A stretch of DNA of 64,000 nt from an uncultured Bacteroides sp. Its GTDB lineage: Bacteria; Bacteroidota; Bacteroidia; Bacteroidales; Bacteroidaceae. This document shows, in pieces, positions 47,881 through 58,406 of this stretch. Each line of letters opens with the position of its first letter. Position 1 is the stretch's first letter. The stretch is taken from contig CAZKOB010000002.1 in the NCBI GenBank assembly GCA_964554265.1, positions 386 through 64,385 on the forward strand, in the 5' to 3' direction. Position numbers and translations under genes: made by a program. Below the pieces are notes generated by a model. That model worked only from the letters and a program-made list of their open reading frames with translations. It ran no database searches and was not told the origin of the DNA.

Positions 47881-49803
47881 ATGAAAAACCATATTCTTGA
47901 GAGTCGTAGGTTTGTTGTAGGTGGCATTGCTCTTATAATAGTTGTTACTTACATCATACGCCTTGCGTTCCTTCAGCTTATGAGCGAAGACTATAAGACG
48001 TATGCCGACAGCAATGCCTTTTTGAACAACGTGCTTTACCCTTCTCGTGGGGTTATATACGACCGTAACGGTAGTCTTATGGTATATAATCAACCTGCAT
48101 ACGATATTATGGTGGTTATGCGTGAAGTGTCCGGACTCGATACACTTGACCTTTGTCATACCCTTGGCATGACGAAGGACGAGTTTGACCGTCGTATGGC
48201 TGTTATTAAGGATAAAAGCAGGAATCCCGGATATTCTACATATACCCAACAACTTTTTGTAGGTCAGATTCCGGCCGAAGAATTTTCTGTGTTTCAGGAA
48301 AAGCTTTTCCGCTTTCGTGGGTTTTATGTACGTGAGAGGGCTGTTCGTCGTTATCGGTATCCTTACGCCGCACATGTATTGGGAGATGTTGCAGAAGTTT
48401 CTCCTTCAGACATTGAGGCTGATGATTATTATCAGGCTGGCGATTATATCGGTAAACAAGGTGTTGAGCGTTCGTATGAGAAATTCCTCCGTGGCGAGAA
48501 AGGAGTGGAAGTGCTTTTGCGAGATGCCAGAGGAAGGATACAGGGCCATTACAAGAATGGGGTAAAGGATAAGCGTCCGATACCGGGGAAGAGTATTACT
48601 TTAAGTATCGACCTTGAGTTGCAGAAACTTGGCGAGCGTCTTATGGAAGGTAAGAAAGGCAGTATTGTGGCTATCGAACCTAAAACAGGTGAGGTGCTCT
48701 GTATGGTGTCTGCTCCTACTTACGACCCGAGGCTTATGGAAGGCAAACAGAGGGGGAAGATGATGATGAGAATGGGGCGCGATCCGCTCAAGCCGATGAT
48801 CAACCGTGCTGTTCTTGGAGTCTATCCTCCGGGATCCACATTCAAGACATCGCAGGCTCTTACTTTCCTGCAGGAAGGCATCATAACGGAGTCTACTGCA
48901 TACCCTTGTTCTCATGGCTTTCGTTTTGGACGTTTGAAGGTAGGTTGCCACGGACATGCCGCCCCGCTTTCTTTGCAGCCGGCCATTGCCACTTCATGTA
49001 ATGGCTATTTCTGCTGGGGGCTTTATTACATGTTTGGTAATCGTAGGAAATATGCTTCTGTGCAGGAAGCCATGACTCGTTGGAAGGATTATATGGTGTC
49101 AATGGGATTTGGGTATAAATTAGGTGTCGATCTACCGAGTGAGGCGAGAGGTATGATACCGAATGCTCAGTATTACGATAAGGCTTATCGAGGAAGCTGG
49201 TCTGGACTTACCGTTGTCAGTATATCCATCGGACAGGGCGAAGTTTTGCTGACTCCATTGCAGATTGCCAATCTTGGTGCTACTATTGCGAACAGAGGAT
49301 ATTACATCACTCCTCATGTGGTAAAAAGTGTTGAAGGTGGGCATTTGGCCGACAGCTTGTTGGAGAAGCATACGACGATGGTGGATTCCAAGTACTATGA
49401 GTGTATTGTTGGAGGTATGCGGAAAGCTGTTCTGGGAGGAACATGCAGGGCTGCAAACAGTCCTTTCTATGAGGTCTGCGGTAAGACCGGTACAGCACAG
49501 AATCCTCATGGAAAAGACCATTCTGCATTTATGGGTTTTGCTCCTAAGGATGATCCTAAGATTGCCATAGCCGTTTATGTGGAGAATGGCGGATGGGGAG
49601 CTAATTACGGGGTTCCGCTTGGCGCATTGATGATGGAGCAGTATATCAACGGCAAGCTTTCTCCTGAAAGCGAGGTGAAGGCAGAGATGTTCCGGAATAA
49701 ACATGTGTCGTACGGAGTGGCAAGTGAAACGAAATCTGCCCTTTTCAATAGAAACCGGAATGAAGCTGAGATGGAGATAAAAGATGTTTCCCTGTCGGAA
49801 TGA
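47881..49803 (+). CDS. mrdA: Penicillin-binding protein 2 (elongasome transpeptidase)
   Basis: SxxK (PPGSTFK), SxN (TSCNG) and KTG (CGKTGTA) motifs, located upstream of rodA. Confidence 0.92.
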   Translation: MKNHILESRRFVVGGIALIIVVTYIIRLAFLQLMSEDYKTYADSNAFLNNVLYPSRGVIYDRNGSLMVYNQPAYDIMVVMREVSGLDTLDLCHTLGMTKDEFDRRMAVIKDKSRNPGYSTYTQQLFVGQIPAEEFSVFQEKLFRFRGFYVRERAVRRYRYPYAAHVLGDVAEVSPSDIEADDYYQAGDYIGKQGVERSYEKFLRGEKGVEVLLRDARGRIQGHYKNGVKDKRPIPGKSITLSIDLELQKLGERLMEGKKGSIVAIEPKTGEVLCMVSAPTYDPRLMEGKQRGKMMMRMGRDPLKPMINRAVLGVYPPGSTFKTSQALTFLQEGIITESTAYPCSHGFRFGRLKVGCHGHAAPLSLQPAIATSCNGYFCWGLYYMFGNRRKYASVQEAMTRWKDYMVSMGFGYKLGVDLPSEARGMIPNAQYYDKAYRGSWSGLTVVSISIGQGEVLLTPLQIANLGATIANRGYYITPHVVKSVEGGHLADSLLEKHTTMVDSKYYECIVGGMRKAVLGGTCRAANSPFYEVCGKTGTAQNPHGKDHSAFMGFAPKDDPKIAIAVYVENGGWGANYGVPLGALMMEQYINGKLSPESEVKAEMFRNKHVSYGVASETKSALFNRNRNEAEMEIKDVSLSE

Positions 49804-49854
49804 TATTTATATGGATAGTTGTACATTGCAAACGAAAAAACAGATACAGTAGAG

Positions 49855-51318
49855 ATGCAGAATGAAGGACATAAAGGAGTGATGAAGTCTTTGGACTGGT
49901 GGACTATCGGTCTATATCTTGTCTTGATTACATGGGGATGGTTTTCTGTATGCGGAGCAAGCTACGATTTCAGTAATCCTGATGTTTTCAGTCTTGGTTG
50001 CAATTCCGGCAAACAACTCTTGTGGGCCGGGACTTCTGTGTGCCTTGCCGGCACGCTTCTTTTGATTGAGAAAAGATTCTTCGATACGGCTTCCTATTAT
50101 ATATATATAGTAATGATTGGAGTGCTTGTTGTGACAATCATTGTTGCGCCCGATACAAAAGGTTCGCGTTCGTGGTTGCCTATCGGGTCATTTATGAAAA
50201 TACAGCCGGCTGAGTTTGCCAAGTTTGCTGTTGCTCTGACCATAGGGAAATACATGGACCGGTATGGTTTTGATATACATAATCTGAAGGATTTTGGCAG
50301 AGTGGTGGGACTCATACTGTTGCCGATGGTGCTCATTGTGTGCCAGAAAGAAACAGGGACAGCACTTGTTTATCTCTCTTTCTTTCTTGTGCTTTATCGA
50401 GAAGGAATGACGGGCGCTTTTCTTTTTGCTGCATTTGCGGCTGTGGTCTACTTTGTTGTGGGTATACGTTTTGGCGATGAACTTATCCCTGACATGCCTG
50501 TTTCTGTCGGTGAGTTTACGGTGCTGCTGTTGTCAATGCTGTTCACTGTCGGCATGACGCTTGTGTTTTGTCATAACATTAAAGCCGTCAAACTGATGTT
50601 TTTTGGAGGAGGCGGAACTATTCTTCTTGCATACCTTTTTTCTGCATACGTGATTCCTTTCAATGTGTGTCATGTCATGCTTGCTGTCAATATTGCCGTT
50701 ATTCTGTATCTGCTGATACTTGCCATATATACTCGTTTGTACACTTATCTGCTGATAGGCTTGTTTGCCATTGCCTCTACCGGTTTCTTTTATATGTGCC
50801 ACAAAATGTTCAATGCACTTGATGACCATCAGCGTGTACGTATTGAAGTGCTTCTTGGCATGAAAGAAGATCTGCGTGGTGCCGGATATAATGTGAATCA
50901 GGCTAAGATTGCCATCGGTTCTGGAGGGTTTTATGGAAAGGGTTTTCTTAATGGTACACAGACTAAATTGAAGTATGTGCCCGAACAGGATACGGACTTT
51001 ATCTTTTGTACTGTCGGTGAAGAAGAAGGTTTCATCGGTGCGTCAGCCGTATTGATTGTCTATCTGCTTTTTATATGGAGGTTGATTTTTGTCGCAGAGC
51101 GCCAGCCTGACACGATGGGACGTGTCTATGGCTACTCAGTCATAAGCATCTTCCTTTTCCATTTGTTCATAAATGTAGGCATGGTGCTCGGACTTACTCC
51201 TGTCATCGGTATTCCTCTGCCGTTTTTCAGCTATGGAGGTTCTTCTTTGTGGGGATTTACCATTCTTTTGTTCATTTTTCTGAGAATGGACGCAGAGAGA
51301 AATCTTAAAAAGAGGTAA
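49855..51318 (+). CDS. rodA: SEDS-family peptidoglycan glycosyltransferase RodA
   Basis: Polytopic SEDS protein (..QPAEFAK.., ..PVIGIPLPFFSYGGSS..). The ORF opens with TTG at 49819, and in-frame ATGs lie at 49855 and 49882, so the exact start is uncertain. Confidence 0.9.
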   Translation: MQNEGHKGVMKSLDWWTIGLYLVLITWGWFSVCGASYDFSNPDVFSLGCNSGKQLLWAGTSVCLAGTLLLIEKRFFDTASYYIYIVMIGVLVVTIIVAPDTKGSRSWLPIGSFMKIQPAEFAKFAVALTIGKYMDRYGFDIHNLKDFGRVVGLILLPMVLIVCQKETGTALVYLSFFLVLYREGMTGAFLFAAFAAVVYFVVGIRFGDELIPDMPVSVGEFTVLLLSMLFTVGMTLVFCHNIKAVKLMFFGGGGTILLAYLFSAYVIPFNVCHVMLAVNIAVILYLLILAIYTRLYTYLLIGLFAIASTGFFYMCHKMFNALDDHQRVRIEVLLGMKEDLRGAGYNVNQAKIAIGSGGFYGKGFLNGTQTKLKYVPEQDTDFIFCTVGEEEGFIGASAVLIVYLLFIWRLIFVAERQPDTMGRVYGYSVISIFLFHLFINVGMVLGLTPVIGIPLPFFSYGGSSLWGFTILLFIFLRMDAERNLKKR

Positions 51319-51389
51319 GGCTGAATCGTGATGTGATGATTGCAAAAGTGGGGCTGTAAGTGCGGCTTCCCGTAGACCTGTGCATATTG

Positions 51390-52390
51390 TTTACGGTCAA
51401 TCGTTCTCGTCGAAGATTCTCGCTGTTCTCTGATGCCTTTTCATGGGCCCTGACGTCCTCATCAATCAGTTTGGTTATTCCATTCCACTATCTATTTGTC
51501 ATAAATCATGGGTTTTTCTTGATAATTTGAAATGTTAAAATTCAAGGCTCGCAGAATCGCATAAAATCGGCCGGACCTTACCAAAGTTCCATTTGCGCAA
51601 TTCTGAGGCTGTTTTCAGACTTTTAGCCCCAAGTGTAAAAATAATATAATTTGCATTCCGAAAAGATACATTTATTCACATTCGCGCGTGCATCGCCTGA
51701 AAAAAGAGTACGCTGGAAATAAATTTCGTTCACCTTGAAAATAGTTTTAAAGTGCCTTGTAAAAAATTTTTCAAGGTGAACGAATTTTATTTTCAAGGTG
51801 AACGAGTTCGAAAATGTCCGTTTTTCGGGCTGAAATAGGGTTTGACTAAATTTGATTTCTTAAAAAATCTGAATTGGATTTTTCAATGCCACGAAAAACA
51901 AAGACGGGTTTTGGCGACGAAAAACAGGAATTTTGGGCAAGATTTTTTTATAACTTATTGATTGTCAACATATTCTATTTTATCCCGACCCGTATTTCTT
52001 GCATCTGAAACCGCATTGTTTTGCTGAAATAGTATTTTACTGATTATCAATTGCTTATCTGTGAAATGTCAAAATTTAGACAGTTGATTAAGTGTAAATT
52101 AGTCTTAATTATGTTAATAAAGTCCCGTCAGTTAAAAGTGAACTTAGTGTCAAAAAGAAAGAAGAAATGTTCATAAGAAAATCAGCTGTTTTTGCTGTTG
52201 TATTCACAGACTCCTACTTTAAATCATCAATTTTACAAAAGTCGCCCGTGGAAACACCAGCTCACAACCATAAGAATCACAAGAATCATCCATGAATCCC
52301 CCGGCAACACACACAACCGATTCACTTTTTGAATCGATTTTCGCGTATCACCCAAAACCGCAGACATTAGAATTACAATCTATTAATATT
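51390..52390 (-). repeat. Interspersed repeat, copy G (reverse orientation). It includes the left-hand module, but the palindrome is reduced to a stub.
   Basis: The reverse complement carries every core block (e.g. gtgtcaaaaagaaagaagaa at about 52148-52167, ccgaaaagatacatttattcacatt, gaatcgcataaaatcggcc). Both boundaries are approximate to within a few tens of nt. Confidence 0.85.
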
Positions 52391-52545
52391 TAATCACTTA
52401 TAAACCTCAACATATTTTTTCAAAGAAATATGGCCCCAAAAAAGCAGGAACTTTTTCTTCTGTAAGTTCGCAATATTGGAAAAAATCTATCTACATCAAG
52501 TATTTTTTCTTATATTTACAGCATAAATTCAAAAAAACAGGTCCT

Positions 52546-53376
52546 ATGGAGAAAAGAGCGGAATACATACAGAGCATAGAAATAAAGGCTCTCTGGAAAG
52601 GAGGACGACATATTGAATGGCATCTGCGTCCTGACGTCAACATCCTCAGTGGAATAAACGGAGTAGGAAAAAGTACAATCATAAACCACTCCGTAAAAGT
52701 GCTCGACTTGATTGACAGCGGAGAACTGCGCCCCGGAGAAGTAATACAAGGCATCAACATCAAATTGTATCCGGAGGATGCCACAACTATGAAATTCGAT
52801 GTAATACGCAGTTTTGATCGTCCGCTTCTCAATAGCGACTTGCTTGAGAAACTGTCGGATTCAAGAGTAAGGACAGAACTTGACTGGCAGATATACAAGC
52901 TCCAGAAACGCTATCTTGACTATCAGGTGAATATCGGAAACAGGATTATCGAACTGCTGACAAGCAGCAATCCGGAAAACCAGTTGTTAGCGACGGAAGT
53001 GTCCAAACCCAAGATGCAATTCCAAAATATCATAGATGAACTGTTCAAAGACACATTGAAGAAGATAGACCGCAAAAGCAATGAAATACTGTTTATACAG
53101 AACGGTGAAAGGCTGACCCCCTACCAGCTTTCTTCCGGAGAAAAACAAATGCTTGTAATCATGCTGACCGTGCTTGTAGAAAATGGGGAGCACTACGCAT
53201 TACTGATGGATGAACCGGAAATAAGTCTGCACATAGAATGGCAGCAGCAGCTTATCAAGCTGATACGAGAACTCAATCCGAACGCACAGATAATTCTGTC
53301 AACTCATTCCCCGGCCTTAATCATGGACGGATGGATAGACAAAGTGACAGAGGTTACAGATGTTACCATGAAATAA
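52546..53376 (+). CDS. Compact ABC-type (AAA_21/AAA_15-like) ATPase, AriA-like
   Basis: Walker A SGINGVGKST, ABC-signature-like LSSGEKQ, Walker B ALLMDEPEISLH and an H-loop-like STHSP, in only 276 aa. It lies 16 nt upstream of the DUF4435-like gene. Confidence 0.8.
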   Translation: MEKRAEYIQSIEIKALWKGGRHIEWHLRPDVNILSGINGVGKSTIINHSVKVLDLIDSGELRPGEVIQGINIKLYPEDATTMKFDVIRSFDRPLLNSDLLEKLSDSRVRTELDWQIYKLQKRYLDYQVNIGNRIIELLTSSNPENQLLATEVSKPKMQFQNIIDELFKDTLKKIDRKSNEILFIQNGERLTPYQLSSGEKQMLVIMLTVLVENGEHYALLMDEPEISLHIEWQQQLIKLIRELNPNAQIILSTHSPALIMDGWIDKVTEVTDVTMK

Positions 53377-53392
53377 AGAAAGGGCTGCGAGT

Positions 53393-54484
53393 ATGGCTAA
53401 AACTCTGACAGACAATCTGACTTCGCGATATTTCAATGCCGCCAACAAGCTACGTCCGGGAAAGAAGAAACAAAAAATCATAGCCTACGTCGAGAGCTAT
53501 GACGACATCTTCTTCTGGAGGAGTGTGTTCTCTGAATACGAAACCGATGAGCGCACATTTGAGGTCGTGTTGCCTTCACGAACCAAACTATCACGCGGAA
53601 AGAAAACAGCCATGATGAACCGGCTCGGAGTGAACCTCGGAACGAGCATGATTGCATGTGTCGATGCCGACTATGACTATCTGCTGCAGGGCAAGACACA
53701 GTTTTCGCACCAGATGCTGTCCAATCCTTATATTTTCCATACTTATACGTATGCTATAGAGAACTACCAGTGCTATGCACCAAGCCTGCATAACGTATGC
53801 GTTATGGCCACTCTCAACGACCGTCAGGTGTTCAATTTTGAGGCTTATCTGCGCAGCTATTCCGAAATCATATACGATCTGTTCGTCTGGTCTGTCTGGA
53901 TGTACCGGGAAGAACACTACAAAGACATGCCGCTAACGACATTCTGCAACTTCATAGCTGTCAACCATGTAAATCTTTACCATCCGGAAAAAGCTCTTGA
54001 AGAACTGCGGCATGTGGTGAACCGCAAGATGGCATGGATGCAAAAGCATTATCCACAGGCGCGCGGACAGATAAAACCGTTAAAAGAAGAGCTGCAAACT
54101 CTTGGGGTCCGTCCGGACAACACTTATTTATATATACAAGGACACCACCTGCTCGACAATGTAGTGATGCAAGTACTCGACCCTGTGTGCACTCTGTTGA
54201 GAAGGGAACGGGAAAAAGAAATAAAGAGGCTTGCCGGACATACCCAGCAAATGGACAACGAATTATCAAGCTATATGCACAGCCAATGCCCGATAGACCA
54301 AATGGTGAGACGCAATACTTCATTCAAGCAATCGGAGCCTTACCAAAGACTGAAGAATGACATCGAGGCTTTTCTGCAACGAATAGACAACAACGGAAAT
54401 ACGGATAAACAAAAGACAGAAACGGAAGACAGTCAAGCGGTCAAGCTGTTAACAAATGAGGAGGAAGCCGACAAGCCATTCTGA
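53393..54484 (+). CDS. DUF4435 / OLD-type Toprim-like protein, AriB-like
   Basis: Conserved acidic pattern expected of DUF4435/Toprim: IIAYVESYDD (Glu), ACVDADYDYL (DxD) and YAIENY. It has an acidic, low-complexity C-terminal tail. The domain assignment is by motif recognition only. Confidence 0.65.
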   Translation: MAKTLTDNLTSRYFNAANKLRPGKKKQKIIAYVESYDDIFFWRSVFSEYETDERTFEVVLPSRTKLSRGKKTAMMNRLGVNLGTSMIACVDADYDYLLQGKTQFSHQMLSNPYIFHTYTYAIENYQCYAPSLHNVCVMATLNDRQVFNFEAYLRSYSEIIYDLFVWSVWMYREEHYKDMPLTTFCNFIAVNHVNLYHPEKALEELRHVVNRKMAWMQKHYPQARGQIKPLKEELQTLGVRPDNTYLYIQGHHLLDNVVMQVLDPVCTLLRREREKEIKRLAGHTQQMDNELSSYMHSQCPIDQMVRRNTSFKQSEPYQRLKNDIEAFLQRIDNNGNTDKQKTETEDSQAVKLLTNEEEADKPF

Positions 54485-54544
54485 ATGCACGGCAAAGGAG
54501 GTAAGCAAAAACCAAATACGTTTTCCAAATACACCAGAAAAAAT

Positions 54545-54579
54545 ACCGCAGCCTGTATGAACAAAGTACAGGCTGCGGT
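54545..54579 (+). terminator. Terminator after the two-gene ATPase/DUF4435 cassette
   Basis: accgcagcctgta / tacaggctgcggt form a 13-bp perfect stem, followed by gttatta. Confidence 0.65.
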
Positions 54580-54644
54580 GTTATTATGTCATAAATCAAA
54601 CGGGCATACTTGCCCACAGTTATAAACCTAAACTTTATATTAAT

Positions 54645-55253
54645 ATGACATCTTGTGTTTTAGCAAAAATCGTTATCGCCACACTGCCTTATGCAACAAA
54701 TGCGCTTGCACCGGTAATTTCAGAGGAAACCATCAATTACCATTATGGCAAACATTACCAGACCTACGTGGACAATCTCAATGCCAAGATTGCAAATACG
54801 GAATGGGAAGGAATGTGCCTTGAAGAACTTGTCAAGAACGTACCGGAAGGCCCGTTGTTCAACAATGCAGGACAAGCGCTGAACCATCAACTGTATTTTT
54901 TGCAGTTCAGACCGGCCGAACAAGCCGTGACAGAGCCTTCGGAAAAAATGACAAAGAAAATCAATGAAGCATTCGGTTCTGTAGAAAAAATGAAACAAGC
55001 CATGACCTCGTCTGCCGGTGCCTTGTTCGGAAGCGGATGGATATGGCTTGAAGCCGACGACAACAGCAGACTCTACATCAGTTCTTATGCTAACGGCGAC
55101 AACCCTGTAAGGCACGGCCGACATCCTATTATCGGAGTTGACGTATGGGAACATGCCTATTATCTTGACTGGCAGAACAGACGCACAGCACATGTCGATG
55201 CTCTGTGGAAGATTATCGACTGGAATGTTGTAGAAGAACGTATGCCGAAATAA
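54645..55253 (+). CDS. sodB: Fe/Mn superoxide dismutase
   Basis: [25 protein letters not shown]-type N-terminus and the [10 protein letters not shown] signature. Confidence 0.93.
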   Translation: [202 protein letters not shown]

Positions 55254-55309
55254 ATCAGAAGAAGACAACACAGACCGGTACACACTCTTTTCTATTATAT
55301 ATTTGCAGA

Positions 55310-55358
55310 AGGATGTTATTGCCACTTATCAACAGTTGGCAATAACATCCTCTTTTTA
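55310..55358 (+). terminator. Rho-independent terminator after sodB
   Basis: aggatgttattgcca / tggcaataacatcct form a 15-bp perfect stem, followed by ctttttaatt. Confidence 0.8.
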
Positions 55359-55584
55359 ATTAAAAAGATGTACAACACCTACGATAGTATGCCACGAAGT
55401 CTTTTTCACACATCAAAAAGCAAGCATATTTGAAATATGAATTACATTTTTGTATAACAATTTCAAAATAATAATCAAAATAATTATATTTGCCGAGGAT
55501 TTGCGTCATAAAGAAACATAAACGAAAGAAAACATTACAAGTGTCACAAACAAAAAGAATATACGAACAAAAAACAGAATCATC

Positions 55585-57249
55585 ATGTGTGGAATAACAG
55601 GAATATTCGGTATCAAGGAGCAGACTCCCGAACTAAGAAAAAAGGCATTGAGAATGTCACAGAAAATTCGTCACCGTGGTCCCGACTGGAGCGGAATATA
55701 CTGCGGAAAAACGGCAATACTGGCCCACGAACGATTGTCAATCGTTGATCCTGAATCGGGCAAACAGCCCCTGTTCTCCCCCGACGGCAAACAGATTCTG
55801 GCTGTCAACGGAGAAATCTACAATCATCGTGACATCCGAGCAAAATACGCCGGAAAGTATGAATTTCAAACCGGCTCCGACTGTGAAGTCATTCTTGCAC
55901 TATACCGCGACAAGGGAATAGAACTCTTTGAAGAACTCAGCGGAATATTTGCATTTGCACTATACGACGAGGAGCGCGATGAATTCCTCATCGGACGTGA
56001 CCCTATCGGTGTCATACCGCTTTACATAGGACACGATCGCGACGGTCTGGTGTATGTAGGCAGCGAACTCAAGGCTCTTGAAGGATTCTGCGATGAATAC
56101 GAGCCTTTCCTTCCTGGACATTACTACTGGAGCAAGGAGGGAAAGCAAAAACGATGGTACAGGCGCGATTGGACAGAGTATGATGCCGTAAAGCACAATC
56201 CAGCCAACAAGGAGGCTCTGCGCGATGCGCTTGAAGATGCCGTGCGCAGGCAACTGATGAGCGATGTGCCATACGGTGTACTTCTATCCGGCGGACTCGA
56301 CAGTTCCGTCATATCTGCAATTGCCGCCAAATATGCCGGCAGACGTATCGAGACAAACAGCACGGAGAAGGCATGGTGGCCCCGTCTACATTCCTTTGCT
56401 GTAGGTCTGAAAGGCGCTCCGGACCTGGAGAAGGCGCGTATTGTGGCAGAACATATCGGCACGGTACACCACGAAATAAACTACACCATACAGGAAGGCA
56501 TTGATGCCATACGCGATGTAATATACTTTATAGAGACTTACGACGTCACGACAGTGCGCGCAAGCACCCCCATGTATCTTCTCGCCAGAGTCATAAAGAG
56601 CATGGGAATCAAAATGGTTCTTTCCGGCGAAGGTGCAGACGAAGTGTTCGGAGGCTATCTGTATTTCCATAAGGCCCCGAACGCCCAGGCTTTCCACGAA
56701 GAGACCGTACGCAAACTGTCCAAACTGCATCTCTACGACTGCCTCCGCGCCAACAAGAGTCTTTCGGCATGGGGAGTAGAAGGGCGCGTGCCGTTCCTTG
56801 ACAAAGAGTTTCTTGATGTCGCCATGCGCCTCAATCCGGAGGCGAAGATGTGTCCGGGAAACAGCATCGAAAAGCGCATTGTCCGCGAAGCCTTCGCTGA
56901 TATGCTGCCGGAAAGCGTAGCATGGCGGCAAAAAGAACAGTTCAGCGACGGTGTAGGCTACAGTTGGATTGACACTCTGAAGCAAATGACCTCCGAACAG
57001 GTGAGCGATGAGCAAATGGCCAATGCCGCGGAGCGTTTTCCTATCAATACACCAATGAACAAGGAAGAGTATTTCTACCGTTCCATATTCGAGGAACACT
57101 TCCCAAGCGAGAGTGCTGCACGATGCGTCCCGAGTGTCCCGAGCGTGGCATGTTCAACAGCAGAGGCTCTCGCATGGGATGCAAGTTTCAAGAACATGAA
57201 CGACCCCAGCGGACGCGCCGTGAAAGGGGTGCACGAACAAGCGTACTAA
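55585..57249 (+). CDS. asnB: Asparagine synthase (glutamine-hydrolysing)
   Basis: N-terminal nucleophile MCGI and PP-loop LLSGGLDSS; 554 aa. Confidence 0.95.
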   Translation: MCGITGIFGIKEQTPELRKKALRMSQKIRHRGPDWSGIYCGKTAILAHERLSIVDPESGKQPLFSPDGKQILAVNGEIYNHRDIRAKYAGKYEFQTGSDCEVILALYRDKGIELFEELSGIFAFALYDEERDEFLIGRDPIGVIPLYIGHDRDGLVYVGSELKALEGFCDEYEPFLPGHYYWSKEGKQKRWYRRDWTEYDAVKHNPANKEALRDALEDAVRRQLMSDVPYGVLLSGGLDSSVISAIAAKYAGRRIETNSTEKAWWPRLHSFAVGLKGAPDLEKARIVAEHIGTVHHEINYTIQEGIDAIRDVIYFIETYDVTTVRASTPMYLLARVIKSMGIKMVLSGEGADEVFGGYLYFHKAPNAQAFHEETVRKLSKLHLYDCLRANKSLSAWGVEGRVPFLDKEFLDVAMRLNPEAKMCPGNSIEKRIVREAFADMLPESVAWRQKEQFSDGVGYSWIDTLKQMTSEQVSDEQMANAAERFPINTPMNKEEYFYRSIFEEHFPSESAARCVPSVPSVACSTAEALAWDASFKNMNDPSGRAVKGVHEQAY

Positions 57250-57317
57250 CAACACCGTTTATGGAGTTGGGGATGCTTGGCAATAGATTTCCCAAGTGAA
57301 TACGAATACTTGGTTAA

Positions 57318-58279
57318 TACGCGAGTTCGGTTTAAGAAAGTCCTATAATATAAAAAGTGGTAATCTTGCAAGTTTTTTGCCGGTGGATTTACAGGCTTCT
57401 CTTGTGATTCTTACTGTTGTTTTCACAGAATCCTCCAATTTGTGAATACACCGGCAAAAACAGCGAGCTTTCTTAGTGGCATTTCTTCTTTCTTTTTGAC
57501 ACCAAGTCCACCCATTGCAAACGGACTTTTATTAACATAATTAAGATTCGTTTACACTTGTCCGGCTATCGAATTTTTGAAATTTTATTGATAAGCGATT
57601 GATAATCAAAGAAATACTATTTCAGCGAAACTATACAGTTTCAGGTGCAAGGAGTATAAGTTGAAACAAAAATAGGATGTGTTGATAATCAATGAGTTAT
57701 AAAAAATCTTGTCTAAGATTTCTATTTTTCGTCGCCAAAACCCATCTTTGTTTTTCGTGGCATTGAAAAATCTGTTTTTGATTTTTTAAGAAATCACTTT
57801 TAGTCAATGTCCAATTTCAGCCTGAAAAACGGGCATTCTCAAACTCGTTCACCTTGAAAATAAATTTCGTTCACCTTGAAAATTTTTTTGCAAGGCACTT
57901 TAAAACCATTTCCAGGGTGAACAAAATTTATTTCCAGCGTACTCTTTTTTCAGGCGAGGCACGCGCGAATGTGAATAAATGTATCTTTTCGGAATGCAAA
58001 TTATATTATTTTTATATTTTGGATTCAAGGCTTGAAAACGGCCTTAGAATCGCGTAAATGGAACTTCGGTAAGGTTCGGCCGATTTTACGCGATTCTGCG
58101 AGCCTTGAATTTTAACATTTCAGATTGTCAAGAAAAGCCCATAATTTATGACAATCAGATGGTGTGAAGGTAGGGATGACCAAGCAGATTTATGAGGAGA
58201 TTAGGACTCATGAAAAAGATATCAAAGAAAGCACGGAACTCTTCGATGGGAATTTTTTTGTGATACGATGACGAAGTCA
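57318..58279 (+). repeat. Interspersed repeat, copy H. The left-hand module is present and the palindrome is reduced to a stub.
   Basis: Starts with tacgcgagttcggtttaagaaagtcc. It has cacagaatcctccaatttgtgaatac where other copies carry the long palindrome. The core blocks run through gatacgatgacgaagtca (ends at 58279). Confidence 0.88.
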
Positions 58280-58406
58280 CACAAAAACGCAGAAAAACAA
58301 ACGGACAGAATATCAAAAACAAGGAAACAGATTCTAAAAAAAACGGAAGCATAGATTCCGCTATACTTCCGACAATTAATCATTTTGAAGAAAAACACGA
58401 ACCGTG

